DNA from: Octopus sinensis
Lineage: Eukaryota
Assembly (NCBI RefSeq): GCF_006345805.1
Contig: NC_043001.1
Coordinates: 51,398,001-51,462,000, forward strand
DNA: 64,000 nt
Reading direction: 5' to 3'
A model generated the notes under the pieces. It did not search any database, was not told the DNA's origin, and saw nothing but the letters and a program-made list of their open reading frames with translations. Positions 27,319 to 39,600 of the stretch are shown here, piece after piece (within the stretch, counting starts at the first letter, position 1; the number at the start of each line of letters is the position of its first letter). The translations under genes and the position numbers were made by a program.

Positions 27319-27999
27319 CATCATCATCATCATCATTTAGCGTCCGCTTTCCATGCTAGCATGGGTTGGACGGTTCAACTGGGGTCTGGGAAGCCAGAAG
27401 GCTGCACCAGGCCCAGTCTGATCTGGCAGTATTTCTACGGCTGGATGCCCTTCCTAACGCCAACCACTCCGTGAGTGTAGTGGGTGCTTTTTACGTGCCA
27501 CCCGCACAGGTGCCAGACAGGGCTGGCAAACGGCCACAGATGGATGGAGCTTTTTACGTGCCACCGGCACGGGGCCAGGCAAGGCTGGCAATGGCCACGA
27601 TCGGATGGTGCTTTTTACGTGTCACCGGCACAGAGGCCAGTCGGGGCGGCGCTGGCAACGGACACGGTTGGGTGAAGCTTTTTACGTGCCACCGGCACGG
27701 GGACCAGGCGAGGCTGGCAACGGCCACGATCGGATGGTGCTTTTTACATGCCACCGGCACGGGGGCCAGTCGGGGCGGCGCTGGCAACGGACACGGTCGG
27801 GTGGTGCTTTTTACGTGCCACCGGCACTTGTATCACAGCTGCAATTTCCATTGATGTTGATCGACTTCGATTTTGGTTCTGATTTCTGATTTGATTTGAT
27901 GTCATTTGATTTTGATTTTGATTTCCGATTTTCGATTTCCACTTGCCTCAACGGGTCTTCACAAGTGGAGTATATATATATACATAAAAATATATATAT

Positions 28000-28053
<54 letters not shown>

Positions 28054-31000
28054 CGAATAGTCTTATGGTCTGCAACACTAACTTCAGGAAACCAACAAGC
28101 CACCTGGTCACCTACCGATCGGGCCGGCATACTAGCCAAATCGACTACATCCTTGCCAGAAAAAGGGAAAGATGGCTGCTTAAAAATGCCAAAACCTTCC
28201 CAGGCGAAGAATGCACCCCACAACATAGACTGGTAGTTAGTGACTTTAGGATCAGGACTAAGAGGGCGACTAGAAGACGACCAACATGGAGAAGAAGGGT
28301 CTGGAAGCTTAAAGCCCCTGCGAATGGACAGAGATTTAGAGATATGTTACTTGAAGCCTTTGACGAAGTGGAAGGGGGTATAGCTACACATGGGGTAGAA
28401 GACAACTGGACGTTTCTGAGGGACAACCTGCTGAAAGCCGCTGACCAGATCTGTGGCTGGTGCAAAGTCCCCTTAAGACCCAAAATAACGTGGTGGTGGA
28501 ACAATATTGTTGACAGGGCTATTAGACAAAAGAAACAGGCTTGGAAGGCCTGGAAGAACGGTGGTAGCAGGGAAGGGTATCAGACTGCCAGAAGGGAAGC
28601 TAGGAGACAGGTCTATCTAGCCAGAGGGGAGCAGATAAGAGAAAATTTGCCAATGTCCTGCGCCGTGAGGATGAAAGACTTGAGGTATTTCGTGTTGCAA
28701 GACAGTGTGTGAGAGAGAATCGTGATGTGGTAGGAGAGAAATGTGTTCGCATGGAGGATGGTTCACTTGCGCTAAATGAGGATGCAAAGAGAGAAGCTTG
28801 GAGACGCCACTATGAAAGGTTACTGAATGAGGAAAATGAATGGGATAAAGAGAGTCTGCCGAATGTTGACCCTACAGAGGGACCAGCTATCCGAGTTGAT
28901 AGTTCCGTGGTAGCTAAGGCAATTAGAAGCATGAAGACAGGGAAAGCCCCAGGCCCATCAGGAATTACTGCAGAGATGCTCAAAATATCTGGCAGTGTCG
29001 GCTATAACCTAGTCACCCGTATAGTCAACCAGGTGATACACGAAGGAGTCATACCCAATGACTGGTGCAGCAGCATACTAGTCAACTGCTACAAAGGTAA
29101 AGGTGATGCCCTAGATACAAATAATTACAGAGGTATCAAGCTGTTGGATCAAGTAATGAAGGTTACGGAGAGGGTCATAGCCCAACTAATTAGAGAGAGA
29201 GTTAGTTTAGATGAGATGCAGTTTGGGTTCGTGCCAGGAAAAAGTACCACTGATGCTATATTCCTGGTAAGGCAGCTGCAGGAGAAATACCTAGCCAAAG
29301 ATAAGCCCCTGTACCTAGCTTTCGTTGACATGGAGAAAGCTTTTGATAGGGTCCCCCGATCCCTTATCTGGTGGTCAATGAGGAAACTAGGGATAGATGA
29401 ATGGCTGGTGAGGACTGTGCAAGCCATGTACAGAGATGCCGTAAGTAAGGTTAGGGTTGGCAACATGTACACAGAAGAGTTCAAAGTAGAGGTTGGGGTC
29501 CACCAGGGTTCAGTACTCAGCCCCCTCCTATTTATCATAGTACTCCAGGCAATTACGGAGGAATTCAAGACAGGCTGTCCCTGGGAGCTCCTCTACGCTG
29601 ACGACCTTGCTCTTATTGCTGAGTCACTATCAGAACTGGAGGAGAAGTTCCAGGTGTGGAAGGAGGGTTTAGAATCAAGGGGCCTTAGAGTCAACCTAGC
29701 TAAAACCAAAGTACTAATAAGTAGAAAGGTAGACAATCCACAAATATCTTCAGGAAGATGGCCCTGCTCGATCTGTAGAAAAGGTGTAGGTAGAAACTCT
29801 ATAAGATGTACCCAGTGTAAGCTATGGACACATAAGAGGTGCAGCAATGTCAAAGGTAGGCTAACTGGGAAGATAGTTTTTGTATGTGGCAGATGCTCGG
29901 GAGCATTAACCTCCGAAAATCTGCAGAAAACACTTCCGTCACTTTCCAGGGGGAAAAACTAGAAGTAGTTGATAGCTTCCGTTACCTAGGTGACCAAGTC
30001 AGTAGTGGGGGTGGGTGCGCTGAAAGTGTAACTGCTAGAATAAGAATAGCCTGGGCAAAGTTTAGGGAGCTCTTACCTCTGCTGGTGACTAAAGGCCTCT
30101 CGCTCAGAGTAAAAGGCAGACTGTATGATGCGTGTGTACGAACAGCCATGCTACATGGCAGCGAAACATGGGCTGTGACTGCTGAGGACATGCGTAAGCT
30201 CGTGAGGAATGAAGCCAGTATGCTCCGATGGATGTGTAATGTCAGTGTACATACTCGACAGAGCGTTAGCACCTTGAGAGAAATGTTGTACCTAAGAAGC
30301 ATCAGTTGTGGTGTGCAAGAGAGACGATTGCGCTGGTATGGTCATGTGGCGAGAATGGATGAAGATAGGTGTGTGAGAAAGTGCCAATCCCTAGCAGTTG
30401 AGGGAACCCGTGGAAGAGGTAGACCCAGGAAAACCTGGGACGAGGTGGTGAAGCACGACCTTCGAACTTTAGGCCTCACTGAGGAAATGACCAGAGACCG
30501 AGACCTTTGGAAATATTCTGTACGTGAGAAGACCAGGCAGGACAAGTGAGCCCAGCCCACTTATGAATGCCTTTCCTCCCTTGGACACAAAGACCGGTTG
30601 AGGCAAGCGAAGTCGATATAGAACCTCATCCGACGACAGACACCCATCCCAACCCCCCATGCTTGCGAAGACATGTTGGGGCAAGCGAAATCGAAATCGA
30701 AATCGAAACCGAATTGAACCAGCCAGGATCCCTGGCCTGGTGGTACGTAAAAAGCACTATCCGACTCGGGGCCGTGGCACGTAAAATACTCCAATGCGAC
30801 CGTACGACAGGCACCCATGCCAACCCCCTTTGCTTGTGAAGACATGTTGGGGCAAGCGAAATCGAAATCGAATTGAACCAGCCAGGATCCCTGGTCTGGT
30901 GGTACGTAAAAAGCACTATCCGACTCGTGGCCGTGGCACGTAAAATACTCCAATGCGACCGTACGACAGGCACCCTTGCCAACCCCCTTTGCTTGTGAAG

Positions 31001-32039
31001 ACATGTTGGGGCAAGCGAAATCGAAATCGAATTGAACCAGCCAGGATCCCTGGTCTGGTGGTACGTAAAAAGCACTATCCGACTCGTGGCCGATGCCAGC
31101 ACCGCCTCGACTGGCTTCCGTGCCGGTGGCACATAAAATACACCAATCTGACCGTGGCCGTTGCCAGCCCCGCCTGGCACCTGTGCAGGTGGCACGTAAA
31201 AAGCACCCACTACACTCACGGAGTGGTTGGCGTTAGGAAGGGCATCCAGCTGTAGAAACATTGCCAAATTAGACTGGAGCCTGGTGCAGCCTTCTGGCTT
31301 CCCAGAACCCCGGTCGAACCGTCCAACCCATGCTAGCATGGAGAACGGACGTTAAACGACGATGATGATGATGATGATATGTATATATATATCTGTTTAT
31401 TCATTTATACATTCACTCGTTTCAGTCGTTTGGTTGTGGCTATGCTGGAGCACAACTTTAAAAGGTTTTTCAGTTGAAGAGATCGACTCAATGACTTATT
31501 TTTGTAAGCCTAGTACTTATTCAATCAAACTCTTTTGCTGAACTGCTAAGTTCTCTACCAACCAACATATTTCTCAACCACTCTGCTTACTAATCGATCC
31601 ACTATCTTCCAGCAGAGAGAGAGAGAGAGAGAGACTCTGTGAAACAGCATGATTTTTTTTTAGCTAACAGTACTAAATATTTTATCCTGCATTGACATTT
31701 ACTGTACAAACTCCAGCAACCAGTTATTATTAACCTTTGTAAACCTGTTAAGTATAGGTACCAAATGTTGTGGTATACAGAACTTGATGTTACTGGCTGA
31801 AGGTTAATTAATTTAAATTGTCATACTGGATAAATAACATAAATGGAAATGGAAAACAGCAACAAACCTGAGCATACCATAACACTGCATCTTGTTCTTC
31901 CTGTTCTTCTTGTCTTCTCATGCAATAAAGCTGTACATTTTGCTGAGCACCAACTTTTAATTCATTCATGGGCTCCATTATAAACATCCCAGACTCATCA
32001 ACAGAATCAGCTGTATCCATTGTTTCAAAGTCCCAAACC

Positions 32040-32111
<72 letters not shown>

Positions 32112-34973
32112 TGATGATGATGATGAGTAAGAGCAATACTCAAGACAGAGCTGAATGCAAGAAACAGGATCGAAGCGATCAATGCTTTAGCCATACCAGT
32201 CGTGACTTACAGTTTCAATATCGTTAACTGGTCAATTACTGAAATATGTAATCTTGACAGAAAAATACTAAAACTGTTAACAATGCATAGAATGCACCAC
32301 CCTAAGGCAGATATAGATCGACTTTATCTACCAAGAAAAGAGGGAGGCCGTGGGCTTGTGCAACTGGCAATAACAATGAAGGTTGCTACAATTGGCCTAG
32401 ACACCTACCTGAAAAACTCTGAGGACTGGATGTTAAAACTTGTCTCAAAACATGAAAACAAGAAAGCATCATACTCAGTAACAAAACAGGCAAAGGAATA
32501 TCTAAGTGAATTCCGAATACAACAAATTCCGGAATTAGACACACAAGAAACAAGCACAGAAAAAGCTAAGCGCATGAAAACCCGTGCTAAAACTGCTGCC
32601 TTAGATATTCTGAATAATAAATGGCAAGAAAAACCTCTCTATGGCAAATACCCAAAGAGAGTGAATAATGCAGATGTTGACAAAGTCCTGACCCATCAAT
32701 GGCTAATGGCCTCTGGCTTAAAATCTGAAACAGAAGGGTTTATCATAGCAGCTCAAGATCAATGCCTACCTACGAGGAACTACCAGGCCAACATATTAAA
32801 GAACAGTAGTAGCCCAACATGTTGTTTATGTCAACAACAAAATGAAACCATTGATCATGTTGTCTCCAAGTGCAGTCTTCTTGTGCCTACAGAGTATCTC
32901 AACAGGAAATGATAGAGCTGCACAATATATTCACTGGGTAATTTGCAAAAGCCTGGACTTGCCCCATGATAAACCTGGTGGGAACACAAACCACCCCCAG
33001 TGCTTGAAAATGACCACATCTCACTCCTCTGGAACTTCACCATTCAAACTGACAGAAAGATAGACGCGAATAGGCCAGACATAATAGTAAAAGACTTCAG
33101 ACAAAAAACATGCCTCCTCATTGATATGACTGTCCCAATCGATATAAACGTATCTGTCAAGACCTACCAAAAACTGAGCAAATATAAAGATCTGGAAATA
33201 GAAATCAGCAAAATGTGGAACCTGAAGACTAAAACAATACCTGTTGTCATGGGTGCCCTGGGAATGATAGCAAAAGGGGCTGACTGCTACCTAACTCAGA
33301 TACCAGGAAACCCAAAAATGGCAGAAATTCAAAAGATAGTGCTCATGGGGACTGCTCATATCGTATGCAAAATACTTTCTTTGTAATCTCAAGTTTGAAA
33401 ACAAACATAATTTTTGTATGGTTTTTTAGGCATTCACTAGTACAACACTAAGTACAAAACCAAATATATGGCACCCTAGGCATAACACCAACATGAACTT
33501 CCAACTTGTTGTCTCTTGAGGTCTCTGGGTGAGACTTGGAGCCATCTTGTGCAAATATAAAGCGAAAGTCAAACATAGAATAATAATAATAAACTGATTG
33601 GAGGTGTTCTCATATACATTGTTTTGTCTTGGTATAAAAGATGGGCTACAGCAAATATTCTGTTCAATACCACAGATTTGCTTGTTTGTTGTTTGCCCTT
33701 AACTAGTTGAGCATGTCCCTTAGTGGCTGACGATATGTGCATCTCTGATCACGAGCAGAAGTAGTGGGGGAGCATCATAGCCATGTCTGGAAATGAATTC
33801 TTTGGGGTTTGAATAATTCACCTCTGGAAACATGGGTGTTTTGTTCAACATCCTTAAACAAACCTTATTCAGGGACCTTTTGAGCAGGATGGTTTACTCG
33901 ACCAGAAGAAAATTCTAACTGGGCCCCACCTGCAAGGTCATGTGCTGTTTATCTTGATATGAGATCACCATGTCACGCACATATGGTTGTGATGCATGTG
34001 CCTGGTGTACCCTTATCAGATGGGTAGTCATGATGGGTGAACTGGGCTTTGTATATTTTACCCCAGTGTCACTTTGATGGCATGCACCACTCTCTCACCC
34101 AATAATAATCATCATCATCATCATCACCATCATCATTTAGCGTCCGTTTTCCATGCTAGCATGGGTTGGACGGTTCAACTGGGGTCTGGGGAGCCCGAAG
34201 GCTGCACCAGGCCAGTCAGATCTGGCAGTGTTTCTACAGCTGGATGCCCTTCCTAACGCCAACCACTCCGAGAGTGTAGTGGGTGATTTTATGTGCCACC
34301 GACACAGGTGCCAGACGAGGCTGGCGAACGGCCACGCTCAGATGGTGTTTTTTATGTGCCACCGACACAGGTGCCAGACAAGGCTGGCAGACGGCCACGC
34401 TCGGATGGTGTTTTTATGTGCCACCGACACAGGTGCCAGATGAGGCTGGCGAATGACCATGATCGGATGGTGTTTGTTATGTGCCCACAGCACGGAGGCC
34501 AGTCGAAGCGGTACTGGCTACGGCCACGTTCGGATGGTTTTCTTGTGTGCCACCGGCACTGGTACCACAAAGATACAAATTCCATTGATGTTCATCTATT
34601 TTGATTTGTTTTGATTTTCACTTGCCTCAACAGGTCTTCACAAGTGTCACAAGAAGGAAGGTATGCACAGGTGGACTGACTACGTCCCAGGTAGGGGCCA
34701 CGGGTTATGGCCTCACTAGTCTTGCCGGGTCTTCGGATGGTGTTTTTATGTGCCACCGACACAGGTGCCAGATGAGGCTGGCGAACGGCCACGATCGGAT
34801 GGAGTTTGTTACGTGCCCACAGCACGGAGGCCAGTCGATGTGGTACTGGCTACCGCCATGTTCGGATGGTTTTCTTGTGTGCCACCGGCACTGGTACCAC
34901 AAAGATACAAATTCCATTGATGTTCATCTATTTTGATTTGTTTTGATTTGATTTGATTTGATTTTCACTTGCC

Positions 34974-35011
<38 letters not shown>

Positions 35012-36616
35012 TCGCCATGATAGGGTAGGACAGTATTTACATTGTAAAATATGTAAACACTACAAACTCAGCACTCCTGCTTACTAGTATGAATATCATC
35101 CTGAGCCAGTCATTGAAGGTAAAGATGTCACTATCCTCTGGAGATTTTCCAGTCAACATGACTGAATGATACAAGCTAATTGACCAGATATAATTATTAA
35201 AGACAGGGAAGAAAATACTTGCAGACTAATAGATGTAAGTGTTATCACTGATAAAATTATATCTGTAAAAGAATTCGACAAATTAAGTAAATGTAAGCAC
35301 CTGGAAATTGAAATGCAAAAGATGTGGCATCTTAAAGCAAGAACTGTTCCTGTTACTGTTGGTGCCCTAGGTAAAAAAGGGATGTCATAAAAAAGGGATG
35401 TCAGAAACATCTAAGTAACATCCCCGGAGAACCATGTCTCAGAGAAATCAAAAGTTTGTGCTGACAAATACTGCCCACATCCTTAGCAAAACCCTATCCA
35501 TTTAATTGTCTGTGTTGTATTACAAGAAGATATTTTGCTACTGCCCTTGCCATTCCCTCTCCAAACTTTCAGTCATACTGTAACATCTCTTACCCTTCAC
35601 CTTCCCCAGGATGCTGGGTGTGTCTCAGCAAGTGATTGTAGCAAACATGCAGATTAAAATTTTTAAAAATAATAACCAAACTCAAGAGCTTAATGAGATA
35701 CCTAGCCCAAAGAAAGGAAACTTTGCTAGTGACAGTTAGGAATGAAAGGATTTTGAGAGCAGAGAAAAATGGAAAACAAAGGAAGAAGTACTAAAAGGAC
35801 ATGAAGAAATATTATGCAAGAAGAGACTACACAATCAATTTCATGTAGCCACAACAGAAGTTACTGGAAATAATTGGTGGGATTGGGTGATGAAAGGAAC
35901 CCTAAAAAAAGAGACCAAGAACATTACACTGGCAGTGCAGGACCAAGCTCTGGCCACAAACTGGAGGGTCAACCTGAGGAATGAGCAAGTGTCTCTGCTG
36001 TGCTGCATCTACAATAGAGTGGATGAAACTATTGCCCATATCATGAACGAATACCCTAGACTTGCCCAAAACCACTACAAGTTGTGGTGACATGACCAGG
36101 TAGTGAAAGTGCTGCACTTTCACTAACTGTGAAAAGTGGGGATTAGAGAGAGGCAGAGTCGGACACTAGCAAAAGCCTCTGGGATTTCCCAATCCAAACA
36201 GATCAGGTGCTAGGACATAACTGACTGGACTTAGTGGGTGTGGACAAGGTGACCACATATGCCATATGGTTGATGTTGCATGCCTCTTTGACCCACGAAT
36301 AGTCAAGAAGGAAGGCGAAAAGATGGATAGATACAACCCTCTTAAGTATGAAATAGCCCAGCTATGGAAATGAAGAAGGTGAAGATAGTGTCAATTATTG
36401 TTGGGTCCTTGGGAACAGTATCAGAAGGCATCAAGAGGAATTGGAATAGAGTGCCTAGTAGAACTGTTACAAAAGATTTGCTTCTTTCACATGGCCAGAA
36501 TAATCACAAAAATATTAAATAGTTGAAAAGAACAGATAGCTTGGTGCTATAGGCTGCAAGCAGCAAGCCCACTATGCATGCAAGACTTCAGCAGTTTCAG
36601 CAAAACCTGAGTTAAA

Positions 36617-36673
<57 letters not shown>

Positions 36674-39600
36674 CATGAAGAAGACTCCTTACTGAATAAC
36701 AGGAAGGCTCCATGCTGGATAACAACACAAATGTGCTACACCACGCTATCCATTCAAAAACAAATCTAATCTAATAATATCAGTGGAATGGGATAAAGGA
36801 ACCTGTGGAAGATTTGAAGGAAGTGACCTTTTAATGGAAATAATCACAAAAACGAAATTTTACTGCCATACAAAGCACAGTTTCTCTCATGCACAATGTC
36901 TCAGTGAAACATGTGTGAAAGACATGCGAAATGAACATCAGAAAGTTTACAAATTATAAAATATAAGTGGGACAAAAAGTATGTATGTAAATTGATTACT
37001 TCTACATACACTTGAATGTCTACACAATCATATATACATTTTAATACCCATAGGACCACACATACATCCCAATGTTTACACAACTACATGAAATTTACAG
37101 GACACACATACATGCATCTGAAAGCATATGTCACAAATGAAGCAAAAAAATAACAAAACAATTTTTTTTATTTTCCAAACTAACACAGAGTGAACAATTC
37201 ATAAGTTTAAAAACACCACAAAAAACTATGCCTAGAGATAAATCTATCAACAACAAGAAAAAAAATACAGGTGAACACAGATCTGTTAGCCTTAAGAAGC
37301 TACGTTATGAGCAATGTTTTCATTCAGAGAACTCAGAGGTCATGTTATCTCAGAAAATTAACTTTAAACAGACAGATCCATCTCCTAATGTCAACGTCCA
37401 AGCTCGTCATGCCTCAATGATAACAAAGCAAAATACAAACCAGATTGGCCATCACCCAGTTCAATAAGGACTGTGTACCCCAGTGAGGAGCCTGACTGGG
37501 TACGAAAAATCAGCTACTTTTTCAAATCTTCTCAAAACACAGGATCTGGAAGTACCCCACAACCGGAATATTCCAACAGATGGCCGTCCACACTCGTCAT
37601 CAAATAAACAAAACAAAAAGAATGAAAAATGATCTAGAGGAGATAATAAAGAAGTTCTTAAGGGTTTCTATCATGCCATGTATTTCTCCACAAATAAATC
37701 TAATACTGAACAAACCAACCTAAACTGGAAACAGAAGCACCTTGAAGTAAGATCCTACATAGACAGTAACAAACTTGCCAACGTCAGAAGAAACATAATG
37801 ACAATGAAATTATTAGCTGAATTAAAGATTGACCAAATTAAACAATCAGTAAGGGATAAAGGGAATGAAGTCGCAGCTAAAGAAGATACTACAGAGGAAA
37901 TAATTATAGACCAACCCAAGTCTGAAGAAAATGCAGTAATGATTGACAGAGTCGATGTAACTGACAAGCAAAGTGAAATACTCTCTGAACCAACCATAAA
38001 CATCAAGGCAGATGAAAATCAACCAAATGAAAAAAGTCACACAGAAATTGACCCAACTGAACTAGATAATCTAAACAATTAAATCATGATTTAATGGCTG
38101 AAAATTAAAGAAACTGCTATGAATGAACATGACACTCTCTCAAAAATTCACAACTCCAACCAAAACCTGAAAGTAATTGGTAAAATTTGCTTTGCACTTA
38201 AGGATATAATTTCAGCTAATGATGTTAATATTACAGATCTCAACCACCTGTGCTATGCATCCAGAAAATTTCAACAATTCTATGTGCTGAAAAGATTAAA
38301 AGACAACATTCCTACAAAAGCCTACTTGGCAAGAGTATTCAACACCAAATTCAGCTACTTAGGTCTGACATAGAATTTATATATATATATTTATATATAT
38401 GTATTTATATGTATGTATTTAAGGTATTTTAAAAATTCTATGTCAGACCTAAGTAGCTGAATTTGGTGTTGAATACTCTTGCCAAGTAGGCTTTTGTAGG
38501 AATGTTGTTGTCTTTTAATCTTTTCAGCACATAGAATTGTTGAAATTTTCTGGATGCATAGCACAGGTGGTTGAGATCTGTAATATTAACATCATTAGCT
38601 GAAATTATATCCTTAAGTGCAAAGCAAATTTTACCAATTACTTTCAGGTTTTGGTTGGAGTTGTGAATTTTTGAGAGAGTGTCATGTTCATTCATAGCAG
38701 TTTCTTTAATTTTCAGCCATAAAATAGGTCTCACCAAGGAAATGACCAGTGACCGAGACCTTTGGAGGTATGCTGTGCGTGAGAAAACCCGGCAAGACCA
38801 GTGAGAACAGTCAAAATCAAGATCAAACCAAATTGAGGTCGATCAACATCAGGGCCCCCGTGCAGGTGACACGTAAAAGTACCATCCGTTCGTAGCCGTT
38901 CGCCAGCCCTGTCTGGCCCCCGTGTAGGTGGCACGTAAAAGCACCATCCGTTCGTGTTCGTTGCCAGCCTGGCCCCCGTGCCGGTGACACGTAAAAGTAC
39001 CATCCGTTTGTGGCCGTTTGCCAGCTGTCTGGCCCCCGTGCCGGTGACACGTAAAAGCACCATCCGTTCGTGGCCATTTGCCAGCTCTGTCTGGCCCCCG
39101 TGCCGGTGACACGTAAAAGCACCATCCGTTCGTGGCCGTTCGCCAGCTCTGTCTGGCCCCCGTGCCGGTGACACGTAAAAGCACCATCCGTTCGTGGCTG
39201 TTTGCCAGCCCTGTCTGGCCCCCATGTCGGTGACATGTAAAAGCACCATCCGTTCGTGTCCGTTGCCAGCCTCGCCTGGCCCCCGTGCCGGTGACACGTA
39301 AAAGCAACATCCGTTCGTGTCCGTTGCCAGCCTCGCCTGGCCCCCGTGCCGGTGACACGTAAAAGCACCATCCGTTTCGTGGCCGTTTGCCAGCTCTGTC
39401 TGGCACCTGTGCAGGTGGCACGTAAAAAGCACCCACTACACTCACGGAGTGGTTGGCGTTAGGAAGGGCATCCAGCCGTAGAAACACTGCCAGATCTGAC
39501 TGGGCCTGATGAAGCCTTCCAGCTTCACAGACCCCAGTTGAACCGTCCAACCCATGCTAGCATGGAGAACGGACGCTAAATGATGATGATGATGATGATG

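Noticed and set aside
27906-28047. N-terminal extension of the 268-aa ORF (IYIYI...)
   Set aside because: Read-through of a (TA)n tract and the adjacent inverted RTE; the real coding similarity starts at about 28048.
38860-39420. Repeat-spacer appearance suggesting a CRISPR array (also 27488-27830 and 54350-54620)
   Set aside because: The variable parts are homologous to each other rather than unique spacers, there are no cas genes, and the arrays sit inside a eukaryotic LINE 3' UTR.
38731-39550. Long ORFs over the UTR arrays (233, 182 and 233 aa here; similar at 27366-27889, 30561-31339 and 54301-54753)
   Set aside because: They are by-products of GC-rich tandem repeats lacking stops, are open in several frames at once and have no protein motifs.
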